64,000 nt of DNA, taken from NCBI GenBank assembly GCA_028826165.1, contig JAPDFW010000080.1:62001-126000 (forward strand), read 5' to 3'. Both the position numbers and the translations under genes were made by a program. This document shows positions 28,501-39,529 of this stretch, piece after piece. This DNA comes from Anaeramoeba ignava BMAN (lineage: Eukaryota; Protista; Anaeramoebae). The number at the start of each line of letters is the position of its first letter. Positions within the stretch are counted from its first letter, which is position 1. The notes below the pieces were generated by a model. The model was not told the DNA's origin and made no database searches. It was given only the letters and a program-made list of their open reading frames with translations.

Positions 28501-30845
28501 ATTTTGATTTTGATTTTGATTTAAATTTAAATCTAAATTTTCCTTCCCTTTTTCTTCTTTTGGTTGATTATCTTCATTTTTGCCTTTTGGCTCAATTGAA
28601 TCATCTTCGTGTTTGTAATGCAGAAAAAAATGATTTGATGAATAAATGAAGAACTTCAAAAACATTTTGAAATATTCATGATAATTTGGGAATGTGAAGT
28701 GAACATTTTCAAATATAATTTCATATTCTTTCTCTTTCTTTACAATTCTTGGCATTCTAATATCAGATATTTTCTGTTTAAATGTGATTTGAACTCTTAG
28801 CCTAAGTTCTCCAGACACTTTATCATTTGGTTTTGAACTACGCTTTTGAAGGGGATACCATTCTGGAATTGATTGTTTATCCATAAATGATCTTATTCCC
28901 AAATTGATTTCTCCTAAAAATGGAGATTTATCAGATTTTAAATGCCCGATTTTTGATAATAAATTCGATGATTTTTCATCTCTAATTGTTAATCTATTTC
29001 AAAACAAAGAATTTTGATTTTGATTTTGATTTTGATTTTTTTAAAAAAAATATATATATTAATTTCTAACTTTGCAACAGCATCAAGATCAAATAAAACA
29101 AAGTTAAAAACTTCAGGCGGATCCCATTTGGGAGCTAGACTCCCAGAACTTGTTGTTGTTTTTCCTTCCCAAGTTTCATATTCAATTTGGCAAAAAGGAT
29201 TAACTGAAGTTTTTGGATCATTGCAAATTAAATTTCTGGCTTCGTAAATAATAATACTTAGATTCCCAATAGGAACTTTTTCCTTTTTGGATTTGTGAGA
29301 CAAAGTTTTTACGCCTTCGTTTTTGATTTCAAGGAAATTTCGCACAAGTAGATCTGAATAATCAATTATTTTTGTTTTTTTTTGGATCCAATTATTATAT
29401 TCGCTTTCATTTTCGAATTGATTTTTAGAATAAAAAGGATGTTCTTTTAAATAGAATTTTTGTTGTTCAAGAAAAAATAAAGAATTCTATTTGAAAGAAA
29501 AAAAGAAGAATGAAAATTGATTTTTGTTTTGAATATTTCAATATAATTTTAAGTTGCCATTTTTACTTCAGGTTCTCTATTAAGCATATATTCTTCAATA
29601 ATTCTTTGATGAATTTTTGGAATAATTCCTAAAGCGCTTTGAAATAATTTCACCAATTTTTGGATTTCAATGATAATTTCTTTACTTGCCATTTGGATAA
29701 CCTTTTTGATCAAAGTAAAACGGAAAATATAAAAAGAAGGGAAAATTAGATCCAAACAAAAAAAAAAGCAATTGAATTTCAATTTAAATAAATACACCAT
29801 CAAACTGGTTCATAAAAAATTCTTCAAAATTTAGCCATTTAACTGTTTGAACTTTTTGTAAATTTTCTTTCAAAATTTGGAGAAAAGAATCTCTTAATTG
29901 AATGAAAGTCACTTTTTGATGATTTTCAATTTTCTTTCGGACATCATTTATAAATTTGGATTTAAAAGTTTTCAAAGAATGAAAAAAAGCGAGATTATTC
30001 TTTTGTTGAAGAGAAGTTTTCTTCATTTCTGCAATTAGGGATTTAAGGTTGTGTTCAATTTGAGTAATTTTTTTCAAGGTGATTTGTTGTTCTCCATTTG
30101 GAAAAATAACTCCATCTAAAGCTTCATAATAATATTGATAATTTGGATCAAATTTAACTTCGATTTTATGCTTTTCTTCGTTTTCCGTGTTTTTTATATT
30201 CTCGTTTTTATCCTTTTTCTCAAGTCTTCTTAACGGAAAAAGCAAACAATTTATTAAAGATGAATAAATTTGAAGATTTTCTTCTTTGATCCCAATGTTT
30301 TTGACTTCTTCTTGAAGGTTTTTCAGTCTTTCTTCTTCTTTTTTTTGAATATCAAAATCTATTTTTTCATATTTTTCATCTTCATCTTTTTTTTCTTGTT
30401 CAGAATTTTCATTTTCACTTTCATTTTCATTTTCATCTTGTTTTAGTTGTTTTGAATGTTTTTCTTGATTTTTGATTTGATTTTCATCTTGAGGTTGTTT
30501 ATCATAAAGTGAAATAATAAATCCAAGACCTGAATTAATAGTATCTTTAATTCCAATTTTCTTTTAATTTAATAAATTTAATTTTAATTTTTAATTTTAA
30601 TTTTTAATTTTTAATTAAAATTATAATTTAATAAATGAATTATAAATTATAATTAATTTTGTTTTTTTTTTTACTTCTGTAATTTGATCAGGTAAAACCA
30701 TTTGTGTTGTTGCTTTCAAAAAACCTGTAAAATAATTTGTAATGTCTTTTCCAACTTGATTTTTTTTATCTTTTTCATCTCTTACAGTTGCAACTTTTTT
30801 TGATCCTAAAATATTCCAATTCCTTTGTGATTTTGTGTGTTGCAT
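25600..30845 (-). CDS. Munc13/Unc-13-like C2 + MUN (MHD1/MHD2) protein, 6 exons (30845-30675, 30560-29796, 29701-29567, 29486-29071, 28993-27134, 26755-25600), ~1500 aa
   Basis: C2 domain GNLSIIIYEARNL..NPFCQI..LAPKWD..FLGEI..WYPLQKRS..VSGELRLRVQ; MHD1-like WIKRTVKMD..HSVSIVDVFTAIYQ; MHD2-like LLLYLDKQLAVL..FFYADGDGL; all introns GT-AG and in phase. Confidence 0.8.
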
Positions 30846-30967
30846 TGTTAGAAAAAAAAAATAAAATAAATTTGAAAGAAAATAAATGAAAAAAGGAGAA
30901 AAAAAATGAAAAAAAAAAAATGAAAAAAAAATTCTTTTCATTTTTCTTTTTTTTAATTGAAATAAAA
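30846..30967. promoter_or_regulatory. Probable compact bidirectional promoter between the Munc13-like and RasGEF-like genes
   Basis: Divergent ATGs only 122 bp apart; A-rich left part and T-rich right part. Confidence 0.55.
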
Positions 30968-33900
30968 ATGGATTTATCAAAAAATGATTCTTTTCTTCTT
31001 GAATGGCTTGAAAAGAAATTTAATGAACCAACTTCTTCTGTTTGTTTTATAAAAAATTAAAATTAAAATTAAAATTAAAATTAAAAACAATAAAAAATAG
31101 TTTTCTTTTTTGATTTGCCAGATTATTAAATCACTTAATATTTCTTTGGATATATCAAGTGTTTATCGAAAAGTTGAAGAATCTCAAAGAGCTGAAGCAC
31201 TTATAAATTCTATTAGTTCTCAAATTTCTGATGATTTATTACTTACAAAACAAGATATTATTGAAGTAAAACTTTTAAACTTTTAAATTAATTTTTAAAT
31301 TAATTCTAAACAATTTTACTTTTAAATTAATTCTAAACAAATTTACTTTTAACTTAATTCTAAACAAATTTACTTTTAAACTTTTAAATTAATTCTAAAC
31401 AAATTTACTTTTAAACTTTTAAATTAATTCTAAACAAATTTACTTTTAAACTTTTAAACAAATTTACTTTTAAATTAATTATAAACAAATTTACTTTTAA
31501 ACTTTTAAATTAATTATAAACAAATTTACTTTTAACTTAATTATAAACAAATTTACTTTTAACTTTTAACTTAATTATAAACAAATTTACTTTTAAATTA
31601 ATTCTAAACAAATTTACTTTTAAACTTTTAAATTAATTATAAACAAATTTACTTTTAAACTTTTAAATTAATTATAAACAATTTTACTTTTAAACTTTTA
31701 AATTAATTCTAAACAATTTTACTTTTAAATTAATTATAAACAAATTTACTTTTAAATTTTTAACTTAATTCTAAACAAATTTACTTTTAAATTAATTCTA
31801 AACAAATTTACTTTTAACTTTTAACTTAATTCTAAACAAATTTACTTTTAAACTTTTAAATTAATTATAAACAAATTTACTTTTAAACTTTTAAATTAAT
31901 TCTAAACAAATTTACTTTTAAACTTTTAAATTAATTCTAAACAAATTTACTTTTAAACTTTTAAATTAATTCTAAACAATTTTACTTTTAAACTTTTAAA
32001 TTAATTCTAAACAATTTTACTTTTAAATTAATTCTAAACAAATTTACTTTTAAATTAATTCTAAACAATTTTACTTTTAAATTAATTCTAAACAAATTTA
32101 CTTTTAAACTTTTAAATTAATTATAAACAAATTTACTTTTAAACTTTTAAATTAATTATAAACAAATTTACTTTTAACTTTTAACTTAATTCTAAACAAA
32201 TTTACTTTTAAACTTTTAAATTAATTATAAACAAATTTACTTTTAAACTTTTAAATTAATTCTAAACAAATTTACTTTTAAACTTTTAAATTAATTCTAA
32301 ACAATTTTACTTTTAAACTTTTAACTTATTTATAAACAAATTTACTTTTAAATTTCTAAATTAATTCTAAACAATTTTACTTTTAAATTTTTAACTTAAT
32401 TCTAAACAAATTTACTTTTAAACTTTTAACTTAATTCTAAACAAATTTACTTTTAAATTAATTATGAACAAATTTACTTTTAAACTTTTAACTTAATTCT
32501 AAACAATTTTACTTTTAAATTTTTAACTTAATTCTAAACAAATTTACTTTTAAACTTTTAACTTAATTCTAAACAAATTTACTTTAAACTTAATTATAAA
32601 CAAATTTACTTTTAAAATTTTAAATCAATTCAAATTCAAATTCAAATTCAAATTCAAATCAATTCAAATTCAAATCCAAATTCAAATTCAAATTCAAATT
32701 CAAATCCAAATTCAAATCAATTCAAATTCAAATCCAAATTCAAATCAATTCAAATTCAAATTCAAAATTAATCCAAAATTTTTTTAAATTATTTTTAAAT
32801 TATTTTTAAATTATTTTTAAATTATTTTTAAATTATGAAAAAATTAAAAGAAAAATAAATTCAATTTAATTGCTGCAATCTATCAATTATTTCAACTTAA
32901 AAATACTGATCCAGATTCAACTATCCAAAAAATATCAAATCAATCAAACAAAAAAGAACAAGTATCAGAAGATATCCAAAAATTTATTGATAGAATTAAA
33001 AACCAAAAATCAAGTTTATCACTCAAAAAAAAACTTTCAGAAAATGAAACACTTCAAGATAAAATAGCAGATATTGAAGTTGCAAAAGATGAAGAAAAAC
33101 TTAAAATGATGGAAAAATTACGAGAATATGAAACTCTTTGTATTCAAAACAAAAAAAAAGCAACAAGATCAAAAATCAAAATTCAAAAAACTACAACAAA
33201 AAATAAAATTAAAAAAATTACACAATCAAAAGAACAAGAAAAGAAAAAACTTTTGGATAAACTTTCTGAACTTCAAACTTTAAGCAATTTCGTTCGTTCA
33301 GAAGTAGACCAAATCCACAATGACCAAGTCAAAGATATTGATGAATTTGATGAAAAAACATACTCAAAGAAAAAAAATAATGAACTAAAAAATTCACTTA
33401 AAGATATCGAAAAGGAATTGAGCCAAAATCAATTAAAATTTCAACAACAAAATGAAGAACAACAAAATGATGAACAACAAAATGATGAACAAATTGATGC
33501 AAATATTTCTCAAGAAAAAAACACATTAATAAATCCTTATCCAACTAAAAAATCCCAATTGCATTCAGAAAGAATTATCAGATCTAAACATTACCATTCA
33601 TTATTGGTCGCAATTCTGAATTTGGTCGAAAATCTAACACAAGAAAACGAAAAAAATCAAATAGGAATTAAAAACTTACTCGTTCTTTACAAGAAAAATA
33701 AAGAAAAATATTCCCAGATGAAAAAATCTCTTTTAGAAACTGAACAAAAAGCAAAAGATTTTGTTGTTTTCAGAAAAATGATTCTTGAAAATCTTGTGTC
33801 TGTTAGTTTTGGTATTGACCTGGAAGATCCAAACAAAACTTCATCTCAATTTGGAGTTCTTAAAGAAGAGGTTGTTCAAGAAAACTCAAAAACACCCATT

Positions 33901-34901
33901 TCAAAAGGAGAAGTCATTTTAATTACTACTATGAAAAAAAAGCAATATTCAGGAATTATAAATGGAAAATTATGCACAATTCCAGTTTCCTCAGTTGATA
34001 CATTTAAGGTTTGTGGAAAGAAAATAAATATAAAAAAAAAAGTTCTTGATTTTGTTCTCATTTTATTTTTATATTTATATTTATATTTATATTTATATTT
34101 ATATTTATATTTATATTTAAGTTGCCGTTATTTGAACAACAAAATATTAAAACGAAAACAACAAAGATCAAAAAATCTGATAGAGACAAGAAAATTTATT
34201 CTTTTAATCCTGAAGAAGTTGCTCGACAAATTACTATTAGAGAATTTGAAGTTTTCCAAAAATTAAAATTGTCTGATTTCTTTGAAGATCCTTCAAAAGA
34301 AACCGATTTCAATGAATTTGGGAAATTAAAACAATTCCAAAAAAGAGTTTCTGATTTTGGTAAATGGATTGAGAAATTAATTCCAAAATCAAATGAAAAA
34401 TCAAACGAAAAATCAAATGAAAAATCAAATGAAAAATCAAATGAAAAATCAAATGAAAAATCAAATGAAAAATCAAATGAAACTATTATAAACTTTTTAA
34501 TCGCTTTAACTTATTCACTTGTGCAAATAAACAATTATAATTCCTCAATGGAAATTTACAAAATATTGAGCTTACTTGATTTATCTCTTTATTCAATTAC
34601 AGAAAAAAACTTGAAGAGTTTCAAAGAATTTTCCAATTTATTTGATAAAACAGAAAATTACTCAAACTATAGAAAAGAATTGGATCTTAACCAAAATAAT
34701 CCAGCAATTCCTTGTTTAATGGTTCATTTAATTGAATTGCAACTTTTTGGATATTATAAACAAGATTTTAGTGAAAATTATGAAGATTTTACTCTTATTC
34801 AATTTACACAAAAATTATTCGAAATTTTGAGATTTCAACATCAAGATTTTAATTTCACTAAAATTACTCGATTTGATTATTTTTTTAATGATTTTAAATA
34901 A
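30968..34901 (+). CDS. Divergent RasGEF (CDC25-like) protein with N-terminal CH-like domain, coiled coil and degenerate SH3; 4 exons (30968-31039, 31101-31265, 32851-34008, 34122-34901), ~724 aa
   Basis: PEEVARQITIREFEVF, NNYNSSMEI and NYSNYRKEL..PAIPCLMVHL (CDC25 motifs); KGEVILI..GIINGK..IPVSSV (SH3-like); LLEWL..QDIIE..LIAAIYQL (CH-like); junctions in phase. Confidence 0.72.
31270..32835. repeat. Compound satellite in the RasGEF intron (31266-32850): ~27-35-bp aaacaaatttacttttaa.. units, then (ttcaaa)n, then (ttatttttaaa)n
   Basis: Directly visible. Confidence 0.93.
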
Positions 34902-35035
34902 TTAATTAATTAATTAAAAATCAAAAATTAAAATCAAAATGTTTTATTTTGAGATGAAAATCAAAGAGAAAAATTTAAGAAAAGAAAGAAAAAAAAATGA
35001 TTTTTAATTTTTGATTTTTGATTTTTGATTTTTAG

Positions 35036-36512
35036 TTAAATCAATCCTCTTTCAATTAACATCAATTTAATTTTCTCAAAAATCAAGAGTAAATCGTCAT
35101 TATTAAGAACAGCAACTTTGAAGAAAAGGGAAATAACATTCGGATATTTCTGTTTAATAAAAGTATTATAATAAAGATAAGAAAAGCAACCCATAACCAT
35201 TTCACAATCAAGACGATCAATAAAACCACCATGACCAGGAATAGTATCACCAAAGTCTTTGATTTTCATTGCGCGTTTGAGTCCTGAAGCGAAAAAACCA
35301 CCAAATGGCGCAATTAAAGAGGCAAATATACTGAAACTTAACGAATGAAGTTGAAGAGGAATTAAAGTTATTGTTGTTTTTACTATTCCAAAAAATGACA
35401 AGGATTTGATCACAAAATCAGGAAGTGGATATTCTGTTGGAACAAACACTAAATCATGCTGGCAATGCGGATTCATATATGGACAAACTAAGTAATCAAA
35501 TTTTGACAGAAATCCTGCAGTCTTTTTTTTTTTTTTAAAAAAAATGTTTAAAAGGAAAAAAGTGGATCAAAAAAAAAATAATCTTTACAAAAAATCCAAG
35601 AACAATTGTAATAATAAAAGCTCCAATAAATCCTTCCCATGTTTTCTTGGGACTCAATTTAATCAAGGGAGTCTTGCCAAATGTTATGCCACTCAAATAA
35701 GCGCCAATGTCGTTGATGAAAATCAAAAAAATGGGAAGAAAAAACCAAATCAATCCATCAAAAACATTACTAACAAACCAATTTGACTGGAGAACTCCCA
35801 AGAACAAAGCCATCACACAAAAAGACAAGCGACGGAATTGGTATTTGTAATATCCAGATCTGAGAGAAGCAACAAAAACAATAAAAGTGAAGATGTAAAG
35901 AGAATAACTGATGAAATTATGGTAACGAATAAGAAAGTAAATGAATTTATTAACGAAGAAAGTGTTAATAAGTTTTTCATATTCAGATTGAAGAAACAAA
36001 GTGTGCAAATCAATATCATTTTCGATAGTTGAATTTGAATTTGGATTTGAATTTGAATTTGAATCTAAAGTTGAATTTTTGGAAACTGATTTAAAACCTT
36101 CATAATAGAATTTACTGTATCTTTTGATAATCAATTTTCCGTATAAAAAATAAACTAAAGTTAAAAGGAAAATCCACGGGATAAATTTGAAGAAAAAAGG
36201 AAGATGTTTTTCTTTTTCGGGTTTGATTCCAAGATCAATCGCTTCTTTGAAGGAAGCTATTGTCAAAAGTGAAATAAAAATAAGTGCGCCCATGTGTCCT
36301 CCTGATAAAAAAAGGTATAAAATTATAAACATTGTAAATGTTGATATTGTTCTGACTATAAAATTTCTTGCTCTTGATGGCTGTGCTGGTTTCTTAGCTT
36401 CTTCTTGTTTTGGTTCTTCTTGTTTTGGTTCTTCTTGTTTTTGTTCTTCTTGTTTTTGTTCGTTTTTTTTTATTGTTTCGTTTTTAGATTTTCGATTACG
36501 TGGTAAATTCAT
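35036..36512 (-). CDS. CDS1: Phosphatidate cytidylyltransferase (CDP-DAG synthase), 2 exons (36512-35589, 35521-35036), ~469 aa
   Basis: NDIGAYLSG..FGKTPLIKLSPKKTWEGFIG; APFGGFFASGLKRAMKIKDFGDTIPGHGGFIDRLDC; 67-nt GT-AG intron. Confidence 0.96.
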
Positions 36513-36901
36513 TAATTCACAAAAAAAAAATGAAAAAAAAAAAATGAAAAAAAAAATGAAAAAAAAAATGAAAAAAAAAAATTTTTGAGAAGTCGAAATT
36601 ATATTGAGGAATAATTTTATCTTTATCTTTAAAAACAAAATAAATCAAATTAAATTAAATCCAAAAATAAAATAATCAAAAATAAAAAAAAAAATTAAAG
36701 AGATCAAAAATAATCAATAAAAAAAAAAAATAAGAATTTTGTTTTTTTTCATTTTTCTCTTTGAGAATTTTTCTTGTAATTATTTTTAACAAGAAGAAAC
36801 CAAAACTCAAAAAAAATTTTTTTTGATTACAACTTTTAATTTATTTTAATCTTTGATTTAATTAAAAAAAATCAAAATCAAAATAGGGGTACAAAATCAA
36901 A

Positions 36902-38992
36902 ATGAACTTTTTCTTTCTTTTTTTTGTTTCTTTTGCTTGTTTCTTTGTTTTGCTAGCTCAATCCGAAGTTGTTCTTTCAAATTCTTTAACTTTCATACCT
37001 GGAGAAACAAATGTTATGGGCACTTTCCTTGATGAAGATGAAGGATTCATTTATTTTCTTGATGAAAGGAATTATAAATACAGCTATATTTGGAAATATG
37101 ATTTGAATACTCTTGAATTTTTGAATTATACTCATATTGAAGAAGATTATGTTAACTGTGGAGCGATTGATTTTAAAAATAAATTTCTTTATTTAGCAAC
37201 AAGTAATTCTCATAAATTTTTGAAGTTTAATTTAACATCATTCCAAGTTGTTGATAATGCAACATTAAATGTTTCATCTGGTAGTCAAGCAATAAGAGTT
37301 GAAATTGATATAATAAATCAAAAAGCTTATGTTGGATTCACAGCCCCAATTACTATTGTGAAATTTGATTTGGTGAAATGGGGTGAAAGCTCGTCTTTAC
37401 CTCTTTCAGGTGATAGATTATCAGGATCTATAATTGATATTGATAATGGGATACTTTATGTGGCAATAGATTCATATAGTGGAAATAATGCAACAATTTA
37501 CAAAATTGATTTATCAACTTTCACTCTAGTTGATTCTCTTAAAGTGAATTTACCAGGTGCTAAATTTTTAAATTTTGGAGTGATTGATAGTCCAACTCAA
37601 ATGATGTACTTTGGTATTGATCAAACTCCAATGAGAATTGCCAAAATCGATATAAAAAATTTCACATCAGTTGGAGTATTGAATTTACTGTCACAATCAT
37701 ATTGCTATGGAGCAGGAATTGATACATTCAATAGAATTGGCTATTTCTTAGCTGGAAATGGATACCTCATGAAATTGAATTTGACCGATTTCTCATTAAT
37801 TGATTCACTTCATTTTAGTAACTATTGGGTGGGCGCAATGGCTATTGATTTCAGTGCTAAAAATGCATATATTGAATCAGGAAATTCTCAGTTTGTTCGA
37901 GTGAATTTAACATCACTTACAGAAGTTAACAAGACTGGTCTTATTGTTTATACAGATCCTGTATTCATTTTGATTGATGAACAAAATCAAACAGCATATG
38001 TTTGCTTTAATGATCATGGAGGATTAATTGCTAAAGTTGATCTTCAATCATTTTCACTGATTGATTATTTGATTCTTGGGTTAAGTGATGATATATATCA
38101 GGGAGAAATTGATACTAAAAATGGATTCATTTATCTTTTCTTTTTCGATAATTTAACAATTTCTAAAGTATTATTATCAAATTTCTCATTAAGTGAAACT
38201 GTGTCATTGGATTCAGGTAGCTATACTATCTTAACTTCCTTTGATCAAGAAAATCAAATCCTTTATTTGTTATACGCCAATTCTAGTAATTATTATTACT
38301 TACTCAAAATTAGTTGTCCTGATTTGGAAATTACAGATTCCTTACCTTTACAAGAAAACATATTTGCTTATGGTTTGTATCCAGATCCTTGGCACGGATT
38401 TATTTATTGTTGGATTATTGAGTATTATGGACCTGGTTCAGGATATTTCCTGTATAAAGTTCAATTATCCACTTTCAGTAAAGTTGGCCAAGTTAATTTG
38501 ACAGAGTATGGAGTTGCTCATCCAGTTTTTGATAAAACCCATCAACTCATCTATTTTGGAGATTTTTCGGAATCGATTTATCGAGTTGATTTGATTAATA
38601 TGGATGTGATGAATGGTTATTTAGACATAAGATGGGCTGATTTTGTTTCATCTTTTATTGAATCAACTGATTCTTGGGTATTTTTTGTTGTGAATTATTA
38701 CAATTCAGCTTCTGGTGATTTTGATATTCCAGTAATACTTCAAATTGATTCATCTTCAAATCAATTAATTTCAAACACAACATTCGATCTAGTGTCTTCG
38801 AGCATAATTGATATGTATGATCCAACAACTAACTATGCCTATGCAATAATTCCTAACTCCGTGCCTTTTATTCTTTATCAACTTTCATTTCCAACACCGC
38901 CTCCAACTCCAACACCATCTCCTTCTTCAAGTCAACAAATTCTTTTTTCATTTTTGATTTTTGGAATAATGATGATTTTGGGATTATTTTAA
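36902..38992 (+). CDS. Array copy 1: secreted, probably GPI-anchored double beta-propeller surface protein (696 aa)
   Basis: N-terminal signal peptide; 14 ~45-aa repeats of the form D..N..LY...I.K.DL..F; Pro/Thr stalk; C-terminal SSSQQILFSFLIFGIMMILGLF with no cytoplasmic tail. Confidence 0.85.
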   Translation: MNFFFLFFVSFACFFVLLAQSEVVLSNSLTFIPGETNVMGTFLDEDEGFIYFLDERNYKYSYIWKYDLNTLEFLNYTHIEEDYVNCGAIDFKNKFLYLATSNSHKFLKFNLTSFQVVDNATLNVSSGSQAIRVEIDIINQKAYVGFTAPITIVKFDLVKWGESSSLPLSGDRLSGSIIDIDNGILYVAIDSYSGNNATIYKIDLSTFTLVDSLKVNLPGAKFLNFGVIDSPTQMMYFGIDQTPMRIAKIDIKNFTSVGVLNLLSQSYCYGAGIDTFNRIGYFLAGNGYLMKLNLTDFSLIDSLHFSNYWVGAMAIDFSAKNAYIESGNSQFVRVNLTSLTEVNKTGLIVYTDPVFILIDEQNQTAYVCFNDHGGLIAKVDLQSFSLIDYLILGLSDDIYQGEIDTKNGFIYLFFFDNLTISKVLLSNFSLSETVSLDSGSYTILTSFDQENQILYLLYANSSNYYYLLKISCPDLEITDSLPLQENIFAYGLYPDPWHGFIYCWIIEYYGPGSGYFLYKVQLSTFSKVGQVNLTEYGVAHPVFDKTHQLIYFGDFSESIYRVDLINMDVMNGYLDIRWADFVSSFIESTDSWVFFVVNYYNSASGDFDIPVILQIDSSSNQLISNTTFDLVSSSIIDMYDPTTNYAYAIIPNSVPFILYQLSFPTPPPTPTPSPSSSQQILFSFLIFGIMMILGLF

Positions 38993-39529
38993 TTAATTCC
39001 AATTCTTTTTTCTTTTTTCAATTTCAATCTTTTTTTCAATTCTTTTTTCAAGAAGAAAAATAAAAAGCAAAATTAATCCAAAATTTAAAATCTTTTATTT
39101 TTTTTTTAATTTAAATAAAAATAAAAATAAAAATAATAGAGAAATAAATTTTTTAATAATAATTATTGTAATTAATTTTTATTTCGAATAAATTGAATAA
39201 ATGAAAAAAAGAAATTAAATTTATAAATAAAAAAATTTTTTAAATTATTTGATCAAAAAGAAAGAAAAAGAAAAAAACAAATTAAAAAAAAATTTTTTTT
39301 TCATTTTCATTTTCTCTTTCTTTTCTTTAATTGTTTTTATTTAAAACAATTCCAAAAAAAAAAAACAAATTAAAAACAACAAAAACACAATTTCTCACTC
39401 TCTTTTCCTTTTTTTTTAATTAATTTCAATTTTAAAGTAAATTTTTGATAGATTCAATTTAATTTTATAAAATCCAAAATTTATTTTTCTTTTTATTTTA
39501 AATAAAAAAAAAAAACTAGAAATTAAAAA

